A stretch of 64,000 bases of DNA from Mobula hypostoma (lineage: Eukaryota): positions 111,354,001-111,418,000 of the forward strand of contig NC_086097.1 of assembly GCF_963921235.1 (NCBI RefSeq), written 5' to 3'. Position 1 is the first letter of the stretch, and each line of letters starts with the position of its first letter. Below the pieces are notes generated by a model. It did no database searches and had not been told where the DNA came from. It worked only from the letters and a program-made list of their open reading frames with translations. The position numbers and the translations under genes were made by a program. Below are positions 14,155-29,200 of this stretch, one piece after another.

Positions 14155-14403
14155 ATAAACACAAGAGATCCTACAGATGCTGGAAATCCAGAGTAACATA
14201 CACAGAATGGTGGCAGAACCCAGCAGGACAGGCAGCCTGTATGGAAACGAGGGGGGGAAGAAGCTAAAATAAGAAGGTGGGGCCCTCTTATTCTGACATT
14301 TTTCTGCAGTCCTGATGAAGGGTCTTGAGCTGAAATGACAACTGTTTATTCATTTCTGTAGATGCTGCTTGACCTACTGAACTCCTCTAGCATTTTGTGT
14401 GTT
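14155..14403. repeat. Inverted pair of Penelope-like ends
   Basis: Minus end followed by a plus end containing cagtcctgatgaagggtcttgagctgaaa (14307-14335). Confidence 0.7.
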
Positions 14404-15505
14404 ACACTTCACATTTGGGTGGGTGAAACTCCATCTGCAATTTCTCTGCCATATCTGAAACTTCTCTATATCCCGCTGTATCCTTTGCCAGTCTTCTACA
14501 CCATCCTAAACACCACCAATCTTCCTATCATCTGCAAACTCACTAACCCACCCATCTATGTTTCCATGCAGATCGTTTATATATATATATATCATTAACA
14601 GCAAAGGTGCCAGTCCTCAGAGGTCCCTGAGGAACACCAGTCACAGACCTCCAGCTAAAATAAATCCCATCGAACACTGCCAACCCTGGATCCAAAGGGC
14701 TAATTCAGCCTGGATCCCATGAATGTTAATCTTCTGGATTAGCGTTTAAGCACAGGAACAGGCCCTTTGACCCATGATGTCTATGCACATTATAAGATCA
14801 AACTAAATTAATCCATTCACATGGTTTATATCCCTCCATCACTTGCCTGTTTATGGCCTGCCTATATGCTATTGTATCTGCTTCCACCACCTCTCCAACA
14901 GCGCATTCAAGATGTTAAAAAATGGTTTTGTAAATATCCTGTAAACTTCTCTAGAGTAGGTTACATGGTTGGTATAACATTGTGGGTCAAAGGGACTGTA
15001 ATGTGCTGTAAATTTCTATGTTCTGTATTATTTTTAATATATTTTATATATAATATTTATAATAAAAATAGTAATATTTCTATATTACAGGAAGGATATT
15101 AATAAGGTTGAAAGAGTGCAGAGAAGGTTTACAAGGATGTTGCCAGGACTTGAGAAACTGAGTTACAGAGAAAGGTTGAATAGGTTATGATTTTATTCCC
15201 TGGAGCGTAGAGCTCACTTTTAACATTTAAGAAAAACTTGGACAGGTGCATGGATGAGAGGTGTATGGAGGGATATGGTCCAGGTGCAGGTCAGTGGGAC
15301 TAGGCAGAAAAATGGTTCGGCACAGCCAGAAAGGGCCAAAAGACCTGTTTCTGTGCTGTAATGTTCAACAGTTCTATGTTCTATATTCTCCCCTCTGGCT
15401 TTATATCAGTTTAAATATGGCACCTTTTTCTGAGAGTTCCAGTTTTTTTTAGATTTTCTATGCAACTGCTGTTTGAGTTAACGTGTCTTCTTTCCTTCTT
15501 CACAG

Positions 15506-15616
15506 TTGCGATTAGCATTGGATAGAAATGAGGAAATGGAAATGACCAATAGCCACTTGGTGAAGCGATTAGAGAAAATGAAAGCCAATCGAAATGCACT
15601 CCTCTCTCAGCAATAG
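15506..15616 (+). CDS. LRRFIP2: LRRFIP2 last coding exon, including TAG stop
   Basis: Polypyrimidine tract + cacag|TTG. Translates [36 protein letters not shown], in frame with the upstream exon across a 10,453 bp intron. Confidence 0.93.
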   Translation: MRLALDRNEEMEMTNSHLVKRLEKMKANRNALLSQQ

Positions 15617-16600
15617 AGATCAAAGAGCTAATGCACTGCATCTTAAACTAACAAAACCTCCAGATGTTCCAACTTATAGACCTTTTCTATTGGCCCAGCC
15701 ACTATTAAATCCCGAAACATGTTTATCTATATGGCTCTGGATTTATAAATGTAGACAAACTTTTGTAATTTATGAGAGAACGAAGACATCACCTAATGTC
15801 TACATGTTTGATAATAGTTAATTATGTAACCTTGTAGCTCACTGGGTTAATTATACTCTTTGAGTTGGGATGTGTTCTTGATATGACTAATTAGCATGTA
15901 AATATGAATTGTTATAGCTTTAGTACATCAGAATGATTTACCTTTCTGCTGCTGAGAAATGATAGTGGTTGCTTAAAGACCTTGAAGGACTGTATGAACA
16001 GAACTGATACAGAAGAAAACTTCACAAGCTCCTTTTGAAAAATCGGCTACTGTTTAGTGGCCATAATAAATCACCACTACACATTTCAAGTGCCTTTTCT
16101 ATGGTGTAGTGAAGATTATCTTGCTTTTGTTACCTAATCAACAACATGTATGGACTGTTCATTTGGTCTAAAGTAATATAATCTGTCTTTTAAAAACTAA
16201 ACATGCAAATTTCTGGAACAAGTATTTGCCAAAAGTGACACTTGGTTTTCCATAATTAACATTCTAAAGAATTATATGCAACTTATTCTCATAAATAAAT
16301 GGACTATAGGTAAGTGTTGAATCAGTTTCAACCACCGTATTATGTATTTCAAAACACAAAAGTGGCAACACTCTACTCCTTACTATGTTCATTAAAGTAA
16401 AGCAAATGGAAAATTATATCTTTTGCTCTATAAAGCTATTGGACTGCATCTTCAAAACATTGCTTATGTTCCTTGTTTGTAAATGTTTGGTCTTTTCAAG
16501 AAAACAGGCTTGTGAATGAGGGTTTTGACATTAAATGTAAACGTGGACACTTTATATGGCATAACTAATGATGTTTTTTATCATTGCTGTCTGTGTCTTC
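15617..16600 (+). other. LRRFIP2: LRRFIP2 3' UTR (approximate) with candidate poly(A) signals
   Basis: Repeat-free AT-rich stretch after the stop. AATAAA at 16065 and 16294; ATTAAA at 16530 followed by T/GT-rich sequence. Confidence 0.55.
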
Positions 16601-19600
16601 ATGAAATGGGTGCACATAGGAAGGAGGCTGTAAGGCACTTAATGACTAAACGTTTGCTTGCTTAACAATGTTAAGTGGTCAGTGAGAAAGATACACAAAT
16701 GTGTAGAAATAGCAGAAATATTGTAGAAACTTTGTGGGCAAGATAGAAACCAATTAATTGTAAGAGGAAAGTAAATGGTAGGACCATGAGGAGCACTGAG
16801 GTAGAGAGAGAGAGATCTTGGGGTGCAAATCCATAGTCCCTGAAAATGACAACATGCTGAAAGTGACCAAACAAATAGATAAGGTGGTACAGGCAGCATG
16901 CCTGCCTTCATTGATTCAGCCACGGAAATATATGAGTCAGGTTGCAGCCATATGAAAATGGTTAAGCTGCACTGGGTGCGTTGTGTGCAATTTTGCTTGC
17001 CCCATTGAAGGAAGGATATGGAGGCTTTGGAAAGGATGCAGAAGAGATTTATCACGATGCTGCCTGGATTAGAGGGGATGAGCCAAAAGGCAAGGTTGGA
17101 CAAACTTCAAGTGTTTTTTAGAGAGGTTTGAAGACTGAAGGTCAAAGGGGATGTGTGGGGCAAATGTTTGGTTTTACACAGAGAGGCAGTGAGATGATGA
17201 TAATGAGAAGAGGACATGTTCTGGATGGTGAGGGTCCTTATGATGGATGCTACATTTTGAGGCACCAGCTCTTCAAGCTGCCTTCAGCAGTAGAGAACAT
17301 GGTGCCTGTGATGGAACTTGCTGTGTCTATAACCCCTGGAGCCTTACTTGTGGTGAGTAAGTGTCAGATTTTAAAAATGACTGAAGCCTTTTGTGAAATT
17401 CTGCAGAGATTGAGATTGTTTAGGTTCTTCAGTACTTGGCAATGGCCAATACAAAGAATTTAGGTTTTAGTGGAGTCGCCATTGTGGGAATGGGACAGAG
17501 TTGGAGTGAAGAACTGAAGCTTTGCTGAGAAGAGGCAGAGGCACGGTGAGGCTTTGGTTTCTTTATTTATGTAGCTACAGTAGCAAGAATGGATCCCAGG
17601 GTAGTTTTGTGCTCCTATTGCAAGAAGTGGGAGATTGCTATATCTTCAATGTGCATCTTGGTGCAGTTCCTCACAGAGTGTGTGAGGGAACTGGAGCTCA
17701 AGCTGGATGACCAACGGATCATTCTGGGGAATGAGTTCATAGATGGATGCAAAAGGAAGGCAGTGACATCTACGTTGCAGGAGTTGGGTAGCTGGGTGAC
17801 TCAGCAGAAGGATAAGCGGATGGTGCAGAGTACCCCTGTAGCTGTTCCCCTAAATAATAAGTACTGTATACGGTTGGGATAGAATCATAGAAAAGTACAG
17901 CATAGAAATAGGCCCTTCAGCCTATCTAGTCCATGCTGAACTATTTAAACTACCTAATCCCATTGACCTGCACCAGTACCATAGCCCTCCATACCTCTAC
18001 CATCAATGTACTTATCCAAACTTCTCTTGAATGTTGAAATCGAGCTTGCATGCACTACCTGTGCTGGAAGTTCATCCTACACACTCACAACCCTAAGACT
18101 GAAGAAGTTTTCCCTCATGTTCCCCTTAAACTTTTCACCTTTCACCCTTAATACATGACCTCTGGTTGTAGTACCCCCTCCAACCTCAGTGGAAAAAAGC
18201 CTGTTTGCATTTACCCTATTTATACCCTTCATAATTTTGTATACCTCTATCAAATCCCCTCTCAATCTTCTACATTTACAAGGAATAAAGTCCTAACCTT
18301 TTCAATCTATCGTTATAGCTCAGGTCTTCCTGACCCGGCAACATCCAAAAGCTTTCTTTATGACCCTATTTACCTGTGACACTACGTTAAATGAACTATG
18401 GACCTGTATTCCCAGATCCCTTGTTCTACTACACACCTAAGTGGTCTACCATTCACTGGTTGGTCCTATCAAAGAGCAAAACCTCGCACTTGTTTGCCTT
18501 AAATTCCATCTGCCATTTTTCAGCCTATTTTTCTAGTTGGTTCAAACCACTGCAAGCCATGATAGCCTTCCTCACTGTCCACTACACCCCCAATATTGGC
18601 ATCATCCGCAAATCTGCTGATCCAGTTAACAATATTATCATCCAGATTGTTGATATAGATGACAAACAACAGACCCAGCACTGATTCCAGCTGCACTCCA
18701 CTAGTCACAGGTCTCAAGTCAGAGAGGAAACCAACTATTGCCACTCTGAATTTTCCCACAAAGCTAATGTCTAATCCAATTTACTACCTCATCTCGAATG
18801 CCAAGCTAATGAGCCTTCTTGACCAACCTTCCATGTGGGACCTTGTCAAATGCCCTGCCAAAGTCCATGTAGACAACATCCACTACCTTGCCTTCATCAG
18901 CTTTCCTGGTAATTTCCTCAAAAAGCTATAATATTGATTAAACATGATGTACCACCAACACAGCCATGCTGACTATCCTTAATTAGTGTACATCTATCCA
19001 AATACTTATATATTAGTCCTTTAGAATAATACTTTCCAATAACTTTCCCACCACTGATGTCAGGTTCACCAGTTCTATAATTTCCTGGTTTATTTTGGTG
19101 CCTTTCTTAAACAGTGGAACAACATTGGCTATTCTCTAATCCTCTGGTACCTCACCTGTGCTAATGATGACTTAATTTCTGCACTTGCCTCTTGCAGGTT
19201 CCGAAGGAACAACTCGTCAGGCACTGGGAATTTATCCATTGTAATTTGCCACCTCCTGTAATCTGTACAGTATACGGTTCATGAGGATGATGCCAATTTG
19301 CCTCATTTCTATAGACGCTATATCTGTCTCCTGAATGAATAAATGCAAAAGAACAATCATTTAAGACCCCCTCCCCATCTCACTTGTCTCTATACATGGA
19401 TTACCATTCTGATCTTCCAGAGGACCAATTTTGCTCCTTGCAATCCTTTTGCTCTTAAAATATCTGTAGAATCTCATGCAACCTCATGCCTTCTTTCCTG
19501 GTTTCTTGCATTTCTTATACTCCATAAGCAACTCGTTTGTTCCTACCTGCCTATACCTGCTATGCACTTGCTTTTTTTTTAACTAACCAGGGCCTCAATA

Positions 19601-20359
19601 TCTCTTGAAAACCAAGGTTCCTCACACTTATTGTCTTTACCTTTTATTCTGACAGGTACATACAAGCTTTGTAAAGGCATTATGATCACTAAGTGCAAAG
19701 TGTTCCCCTACATAAACTTCTGTCACCTGCCCTGTCTCATTTCCCTAATATGTGATAATAGAGGATCAGGTATCACATGCTGTCTTGTTGGGACTTCTAC
19801 GTGTTGATTAAGGAAACCTTCCTGAACACATTTGACAAACTCTATCCCATCTAGTCTTTTTACAGTATGGGAGTCCCAGTCAATATGTGGAAAGTTAACA
19901 TCAACTGCTACAACAACTTTACGTTTCTTGTAACAATCTGCAATCTCTCTGTAAATTTGTTCCTCTAAATCCCTCAGATTATTGTGCCTAATATAGCCTC
20001 ATTAATGTGGTCATATCTTTCTTACTTCTCAGTTCCACCCTTATCGCCTCACTAAATGAGTTCTCAAGTCTATCCTGACTGAGCAACACCATGACATTTT
20101 CCTTGACTAGTAACACCACCCCTCCTCCTTTAATCCCTCCTGCTGTGTCGCATCTAGAACAACAGAACCCTGGAATATTGAACTGCCAGTCCTGCCCCTC
20201 CTGCAACCAAGTCTCACTAATGGCTACAGTATCATAATTCTAGGTGTTGAACCATGCCTGATCTCATCTGCCTTTCCTGTGATACTCTTTTTATTGAAAT
20301 ACATGCAGCTCAGGACATTGGTTCCAACATTATCAACCTTTTGATGGCAAAACACACAG

Positions 20360-20497
20360 ATTCCTGATGAAGGGTCTCGGTTCAAAATGTCGACTGTTCA
20401 TTCATTTCCATTGGTGCTTCCAGACCTGCTGAGTTCCCCCAGCATTTTGTGTGTTTTGCCTTGGATTTCCAATATCTGCAGATTTCTTCATGTTTGT
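20360..20497 (+). repeat. Penelope-like end inserted in a CR1
   Basis: cctgatgaagggtctcggttcaaaatgtcgactg...cagcattttgtgtg. Flanked by tcaaccttttgat on both sides. Confidence 0.7.
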
Positions 20498-21411
20498 CAA
20501 CCTTTTGATTCCTGATTTTGGCTGAGGTCTTAACAACATCTGTGTCAGCAACCTCTCCACTATCTGTCTGGGCACTCTGGTTCCCATCCCCCTGCAACTT
20601 TAGTTCAAACCCTACCATGCAGCATTGGCAAACCTCCCCTTCCAGTTCAGGTGCAAACCGTCTCTTCTGTATAGGTCCCACCTTCCATAAGACCATAAGT
20701 TGTAGGAGCAGAATTAGCCATTTGGTCTATTGAGTCTACTCTGCCATTTCATCACAGCTGATCCATTTTCCATCTCAGCCCCAATCCCTGTACCCTTTTA
20801 TTCCTTGTCCAATCAAGAGTCTTATCAACCTGGTGAAGGAAATTCCTCTTACTCTCTGTTCTCTATTTTGAGCCCATGTCCTCCGGTCTTAGACTCCCCC
20901 ACCAATCCCCCCATTCTCTCCACATCTACTCTATCGAGGCCTTTCGACATTCCATAGGGTTTCAATGAGGTCACCCCTCATTCTTCTGAATTCCAGTGAG
21001 TAGAGACCCAGAGTCACCAAATGCTTCTCAAATGAAAGTTTTTCAATCCCGGAATCATTTTCGTGTACTTCCTTTGAACCTTCTCCAATGTCCCTGGAAG
21101 AGAGCCCAATGATCCAATAATCTTATGCACTCCCTTCTCCACCAACTCCTCAGCCATGTGTTAAACTATATAATCTTCCCATTTCTAGCCTCGCTAGCAT
21201 GTGGCATGGGTAGCAATCCTGACAATGCTGCAGGTCCTGCTCCTTAACCTAGCACCTAGCTACTTGAACTCATTTTACAGAATCTTGTCTCTCTTCCTAC
21301 CTATATCTTTGGACCACAACCCCTGGCTGTCCACCCTCCTACTTAAGAATGTTGAGGACTGGATCTGAGATGTCCCAGACCCTTGTATCTGTTAGGCAAC
21401 ATACCATCCAA

Positions 21412-22372
21412 GAAACGTAGAAACATAGAAAACCTACAGCACAATACAGGCCCTTCGGCCCACAAAGCTGTGCTGAACATGTCCCTACCTTAGAACTACC
21501 TAGGCTTTACCCATAGCCCTCTACTTTTCTAAGCTCCATGTAGCCATCCAGGAGTCTCTTAAAAGACCCTATCATTTCTTCCTCCACCACCGCTGCCGGC
21601 AGCCCATTCCACGCACTCACCACTCTGTAAAAATACTTACCCCTGACATCTCCTCTGTACCTACTTCCAAGCACCTGAAAACTATGCCCTCTCGTGCTAG
21701 CCATTTCAGCCCTGGGGAAAAGACTCTGACTATCCACACGATCAATGCCTCTCATTATCTTGTACAACTCTATCAGGTCACCTCTCATCCTCTGAGGCTC
21801 CAAGGAGAAAAGGCCAAGTTCACTCAACCTATTCTCATAAGGCATGCTCCCCAATCCAGGCAACATCCTCGTAAATCTCCTCTGCACCCTTTCTATGGTT
21901 TCTATGTCCTTCCTGTAGTGAAGCGACCAGAATTGAGCACAGTACTCCAAGTGGGGTCTGACCAGGGTCCTATATAGCTGCAACATTACCCCTCTGCTCT
22001 TAAACTCAATCCCACAATTGATGAAGGCCAATGTACTGTATGCCTTCTTAACCACAGAGTTAACCTATGTAGCAGCTTTGAGTGTCCTGTGGACTTGGAC
22101 CCCAAGATCCCTCTGCTCCTCCACACTACCAAGAGTCTTACTATTAATTCTATATTCTGTGATCACATTTGACCTACCAAAATGAACCACCTCACACTTA
22201 TCTGGGTTGAATTCCATCTGCCACTTCTCAGCCCAGTTTTGCATCCTATCAATGTCCCGCTGTAACCCTTCACAGCTTCCACACTACCCACACCTCCAAC
22301 CTTTGTGTCATCAGCAAATTTACTAACCCATCCCTCTACTTCCTCATCTAGGTCATGTATGAAAATCACAAA
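21412..22372 (-). mobile_element. Young 5'-truncated CR1
   Basis: ORF 21507..22055 (LYRTLVRPHLEYCAQFWS...), KFADDTKVGG, (catagaaa) tail. Confidence 0.9.
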
Positions 22373-23249
22373 TCTCATCCTCGTCCACAGAACCTCCTTT
22401 CTGTTTCTCTAACTTGAATTCCCCGATCACCCTAACTTTAAGTTTTAATTTCCCCTATCACCACCGCTGAACTCTTTTCACCCCTCCCCCTTCCCTTCCC
22501 TTCTAAGTTGCAGAGTCAGATTCAGTGCCAGAGACTGGATCACCATGATGCTAGGTGATGCCCCGCCAGTGGTATGCAAAGTGGTATACCTGTTGTTGAG
22601 GGAGATGGTCACAGGGGTACTCTGCAGTGTCACTCCTGTGTCCTGCACTTTGGGTGTTACTACTATGTTCTATCTATCACCCCTTCAGTCTCCCAAATGA
22701 TCTGGAGTTCATCCATTTCCAGCTCCAACTCCTGAATGCAGAGTGGTAGAAGCTGCAGCTGGATAGATGCACTTCTTGCAAGTGTAGTCAGGGACACTGG
22801 AGGTCTCCCTGCCTTCCCACATCCTGCAAGAGGAGCATTCCAATATCCCACCTGGCATCTCTACTGCTCTAATTGCAAATAGAATGAAGGAAGAATAATG
22901 AATTGTTGGGGGAACTCTACCTACAGATTTTTTGCCTTCTCTCACTGAAGCCTTGTAGAGCTAAAGCCTAAAAAAAAATTCCACTCTAACCCTGACCACT
23001 CCAATGAGAGCCGCTCCGCTTGTCCCTGCTTTAATCTGTTCTTGCCAATCAATCCTGATCTCCAATTGAGCACTGCTCAAAGCACTAAACTGCCGTGTGT
23101 CACTGCTATTTCTGCTCAATCGGTGAACCTGAGTGATCTATGTCTTCTTAGGCCTCCGATCTCCAACTGCATGCTATTCAAAGCTACTTTCAGCAGCATT
23201 GGGTGGGGGGGGGGTCATTGTTGGAGGGGTGGAGAACATACCAGGGGAA

Positions 23250-26200
23250 AGCCACAGTGGTGACCAGCTGACAGTATTATTATCATCTCTGGCACTGAGT
23301 CTGGTTCTGTGGTTCAGAAGGGAAGGGTGGAGAAGAGGAGAGCTGTGAGGATAGGGGATTCAGGTAAAAGACATCCAGATGGTATGTTACCTCCCAAAGT
23401 GCTAGGGTCAGGGATGTCTCAGATCGAATCTGCAGCATTCTTAAGGGGAAGGGTCTCAGCTGTAAGTCGTGGTATGTAGTGGTGCCAATGAAAGAGGTAG
23501 GAAAATGGATGCAGTCCTGGGCAATGAATACAGAGATCAAGGTTGGAAGCTGAAAAGCATAACCTCAAGGGTAGCAATCTCAGGGCTGATGCCTGTGCCC
23601 ATAGGATCATATGGCAGATGAATGTGTGGTTGAAGAATTGGTGTAGGGGGTAGGGTTTCAGATCTATGGATCTCTTCTGGGGAAGCTATGACCTGAACAA
23701 TAGGTACATATTACACCTGAGCAAGTGGTCAACCAATATCCTTGCAGGCTGGTTTGTGAGAGCTGATGGGGAAATTGGTGTTCCCTTACACCAACTGCTC
23801 CATCCTCCAACCTGTTGTCTTAGTTCTCTTCCCCACCCCACCCCCACCCTAAACTAGGTCAGATAATGGAGCATTTGGTATAATGGTTGATGCAATGTGT
23901 CGGGAGAATGTGAGAAAGGATAAGCAATGGATTGGGTGTAATTGAAATCAGTTGGATGGGTTAAAATGTATCTATTTTAATGTGAGAAATTGAGCATGAA
24001 TCAATGCATGGAATATATGATGTGGCCATTACAGAGATTTGCCTGTCACAAGGGCATGATTGGCTGCTGGTTGTTCTAGGGTTTATATGTTTCAAAAGAG
24101 ACAGGGAAGGAGGTAAAAGTATTGTGAATCAGAGATAGTATCACAGCTGCAGAAAGGGAGGAGATCATGGAGAGATTAGCAGGTTTGTGGATGACACCAA
24201 GATTGGTGGTGGAATTTAATGCAGACAAGTGACAGGTGTTGCACTTTGGGAGGACAAAGCAGGGTAGGACTTGCACAGCGAGTGGTAGGGCACTGAGGAG
24301 TGCGGTAGAACAGAGGGACCTGGGAATACCAGTCTATAATTTCTTGAATGTGGCGTCGCAAGCACATATGGTCGTAAAGAGAACTTTGGGCACACTTGGC
24401 AGTTCGGACTTTATATATCAGAGATAAGGAGTAGGGAAGTGCATGAAGTGTAGGTGAGGCCAAATTTGGAGTACTGTGGGCAGTTATAGTGATCTAACTA
24501 CAGGAAAGATAGCAATAAGGTTGAAAACGTACAGAGACAATTTGCAAGTATTTTGCCGTGACTTGAGGACCTGAATTATAGGGAAAGGTTGAATAGGTTA
24601 GGACTTTACTCCCTGTAGCATAGGAGATTTAATGGTGGTACACAAAATTATGAGGTATATTGATCGGGAAAATGTAAGCAGGCTTTTTCCACTGAGGTTG
24701 GGTGAGACTAAAACTAGATGTTTTGCGTGAAGGGTGAAATTTTTTAGGGGAGCTTTAGGGGATTGTCTCCACTCAGTGGTAAGAGTGTGGAATGAGCTGC
24801 CAGCAGAAGTGGTGGATGCAGGTTTGATTTCAATATTTAAGAGAAATTTGGATCAGTACATGAATGGGAGAGGTATGAAGGTCTATGGTCCAGGTGCAGG
24901 CCCATGGGACTAGGAAGCATGATAGTTCAGCATGGACTAGATGGGTTGAAGAGCCTGTTGTGCTGCAGTGTTCTATGACTTTATGAATGTCTGTTGAGTC
25001 ATTGTAGATGGAAGTCAGTAAAAAGGAAGGGAGCGATGGGTCTATAGACAACCCATTAGCAATAGATATACAGAGTGAATCAGGAGGCAGATTCCAGAAA
25101 AAGTAGGGTCTAAAAATAATAGGGTTGTTGTCAGGTTTGACTTCAACTTCCTGAATATTGACTTGCACTTTCTTAATGCAAGAGTTTCAGATTGGATGGA
25201 ATTTGTCCAGGAAGGATTCCTGACTCATCATGTGGACAGGCTGACTAGAAGAGAGGCCATATTGCATCTGTGACAGAATTTTGGTGAGTGAGCAGCTTAG
25301 AGACAGTGACCACAACTCCCTGACATTTACTATCGCCTTGTACACAGATAGGAGCAAACAGTATGGGAAAGTACTTAACTGGGGGAGGGTGAATTATTGA
25401 GAATAGGTATTCAGGTAAATGCACAATGGAAACATTGAGGATGGACACTTTTAAGGGGTTCTGAATAGGTTTGTCCCACTGAGGCAGGGACAGGATGATG
25501 GGAAAGAAACCATGTTTGACAAGTGATATGAAACATCTGATCAAGAGGAAGAAAGAAGTGTACTTAAGGTTCGGGAAGCAAGGATCAGATGGGGCTCTGG
25601 AGGGTTATAAGGTAGCAAAGAATGAGATTAAGAATAGAGTTGGGAGAGCTAGACGGGGAGACAAGAAGTCCTGAGTGAGTAGGATTAAGGAAAGCCCCAT
25701 GGTTTTTTGCACGTACAGGAGGATGACTGAAGTGAGGGTACAACTGATGAGAGGTGAAAAGTTAAACATACCTGGAGTCAGAAGATATAGGTGAGGTCCT
25801 TAATAAACACATCAGTGACAGGAACCTTGACAAGTGTGAGGACAGAGCAGAATAGGCTAATATGCTGGATCATGTGAATGTTAAGGAAAAAGATGGTACC
25901 AGAACTTTTGAAAAACTTTTGATAGACAAAAGATCCTGGAGCCAGATGGGATATACCCCAGGTTACTATGAGAAGTGAGGGAAAGAGATTGTTATGCCTT
26001 TGGCAACGAACAAGGGTGGTGAATGATATTCCTTTCTTCAAGAAAGGTACAGGCTTTATGAGCATTTGGAGTAGTGTTGGCTGATTATGGTTAGTCTGCA
26101 TGGCTTTGTGAGGGGCAGGTTGTGCCTCACAAGCCTGACTAAGTAACAAAACAAATTGAAAATAGAGCAGTGGATACGGTGTATAACGTGTGTGAAACGG

Positions 26201-29200
26201 TTTCCAATGGTAGGCTCTTTGGAAAGTCACGCGGCATGGGAACCAGGGAGACTTAGCTGGGTGGATTCTGAATTGGTTTGCCCACAGAAGACAATAAGAT
26301 ATATAAGATGATAATGGTCTTTGATAGAGTGGGCAGCCAATGCCTGTTTCTCCCAGGGTGGAAATGTCTAATACGAACATAGAACTTTACAGTAAGTACA
26401 GGCTTTTCAGCCCATGATGGTGCCGACCTTTTAACCTACTTTGAGATCAATCTAACCCTTTCCTCCTACATAACCCTCTAGAAACTATCATCCATGTACC
26501 TATCTAAGACTTTCTCAAATGCCCCTAATTTATCTGCCTCTGCCACCACCCCTGAAAGGGCTTGCCATGCACCCACCATTCTCTGTGTAAGGAACTTGCA
26601 TCTGACCTCTGCCCCTGTACCAATCACCTTAAAATAATGCCCCCTTGTATTATCTATTCCTGTCCTGGGAAAAAGTCTCTGAATATCCAATCTATCTGTG
26701 GCTCTTATAATCTTGTACTTCTGTATAAAGTCACCATTCTTTCCTCCTTTGCTAGAGAAAAGTTCTAGATCGCTCAAAGTATAGCAGGGGCCATTGCAGA
26801 GTTATTTAAAAAGCTTTAGCCACGGATGAGTTGCTGGAGGATTGGAAGATAGCTAATATTGTTCCATTGTTTAAGAAAGGCTCTAAGAATAAGCCAGGAA
26901 ATTATAGGCCAGTGAGACTGACGTCAGTAGTGGGAAAGTCAGTAGAAGGTATTCCGAGGGACTGGATATGTCGGTATTTGGATAGACATGGACTGATTAG
27001 GGATTAACAACATCACTTTGTGCATGGTAAGTTGTGTCTCGCCAATGCTAGAGTTTTTCAAAGTTACAGGGAAATTGATGGCGGTAAGGAAGTAGATGCT
27101 GTCTACATGGGCTGTAGCAACGATTTTGACAAGGTCTCATATGGGAGGTTGGTCAAGAAGGTTCATTAGCTTGGCATTCAAGATGAGGTAGTACATTACA
27201 GTAGACACTGGCTTCTTGGAAGAAGCCAGAGAGTGGTAGCAGATGATTGCCTCTTTGACTGGAGACCTGTGATGGATGAATGGTGCGCCGCAGGGATTGG
27301 TGCTGGGTCAGTTCTTGTTTATCATATTTATCAATGATCTGAGTGATAATGTAAATTGGATCAGCAAATTTGTGAATGATCTCTAGATTTGGGGTGTAGT
27401 GGACAGTGAGGAAGATGATCTGGACCAGCTGAAAAAATGGACTTAAAATTGCCAGATGGAATTTAGTGCAGACAAGTGTGAGGTGTTGCAGTTTTGGAGG
27501 ACAAAGTAGGATAGGACTTGCTCTGTTGAGCAGTAGGACACTGAGGAGTGTGATAGAACAGAGGGATCTGGGAATACAGATCAATAATCCGTTGAAAATG
27601 GTGTCATGGGTAGGTCCAAAAAGAAAACTTTTGGCACATTGGCCTTCATAAATCAAGGTACAGGAGATGGGATGTTATGTTGAAGTTGTAAAGGACATTT
27701 TTGAGGCCTAATTTGGACTATTGTGTGCAGTTTTAGTCACCTACCTACAGGAAAGATGTCAATAAGATTGAAAGGGTGCGGAGAAAATATACAAGGATGT
27801 TGCCAGGACTTGAGGACCTGAGTTATAGGGAAAGGTCAAATAGGTTAGAACTTTATTCCCTAGAGCATAGGAGAACAAGGGGAGATTTGATGGAGGTGTA
27901 CAAAATTATGATGAGTATAGATAGTTTAAATGCAAGCAGGCTTTTTCCACCGAGTTTGGGTGAGGACTAGACTAGAACTAGAGCTCATGGGTTAAGGGTG
28001 AAAAATGACATTTTTACGTGGAACTGGAGGGGGAACCTCTTCACTCAGAGGGTGGTGAGAGTGTGGAATGAGCTGTCAGTGGAAGTGCTGGATGTGGGTT
28101 TGATTTCAATGTTTAAGAGAAAATTCGATAGGTACATACATGGATGGGAAGGCTATGTATGGGCAGGTCAATGAGACTAGGCAGATTAATAGTTTGACAT
28201 GAACTAATGGCCGAAGGGCCTTTTCCTCTGTTGTAGTGTTCTATGACTCTATCTTCATAAGACATGCCCTCTAGTCCAGGCAATATCCTGGTAAATCTCC
28301 TCTGCACCCTTTATAAAGCTTCCACATCATTCTTATATTGAGACGACCAGAACTGAACTCAATATTCCAAGTGTAGTCTCGCGAGGGGTTTGTAGAACTG
28401 CAACGTTACCTTGGAGTTCTTGACCTCAATCCTGTGTCTACTGAAGGCCAATATACTATATGCCTTCTTAACAGCCCTATCAACTTGTGCGGCATCTTTG
28501 AGGGATCAATTGGCCATGGTCCTCAAGATCCCCCCGTTCCTCCACTCTGCCAAGAATACTATCATTAACCCTGTAGTCTGCATTCAAATCTGACCTTTCA
28601 AAATGAATCATTTCACTCTTTTACTGGGTTGAACTCCATCTGCCACTTCTCAGCCCAGCTCTGTATCCTGACAATGTCCCACTGCAGCCTGCAGCAATCC
28701 TCCACGCTGTCCACAACTCCCCCAACCTTTATGTCATCTTCCATCTTACCTTCCCACCCATCTACTTCCTCCTCCAAGTCATTTCTAAAATTAATAAAGA
28801 GCAGGGGTCCCAGAGCAGATCCCTGTGGAACACTACTGGTCACCAACCTCCAAACAGAATTATCTCCATCTACCACTACCTTCTGCCTTCTGTGGGCAAA
28901 ATCAAAAAGGATGACAGATACAGGACTGAAGGTTTTATGTGAATGTATGCAATATATTAAATAAGGTATATTGTAGAGCAGTTAGAGATTGGCAGATATG
29001 ACATAGACATCATGAGTCGTGGCTGAAACAAGATTATAATTGGGAGCTTAACATCAAAGGATACACATTGTATCAAAAGTACAGTCAGATAGGCAGAGAG
29101 GATGGGGTGGCTCTGTTGGTAAAAAATTGAAATCAAATCCTCAGAAAGAAGTGACATAGGATGGGAAGATGTAAAATCCTTGTGGGTAGATTTAAGAAAC

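Larger units (their letters stand above)
17880..23100 (-). mobile_element. Near full-length degenerate CR1 (ORF1 zinc finger, endonuclease, RT) with nested insertions
   Basis: ORF1 CSSCRMWE..DYTCKKC (22709..22945), endonuclease pieces (19988..20206), RT pieces (18520..18759, 18077..18265), catagaa-type tail near 17885. Confidence 0.8.
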
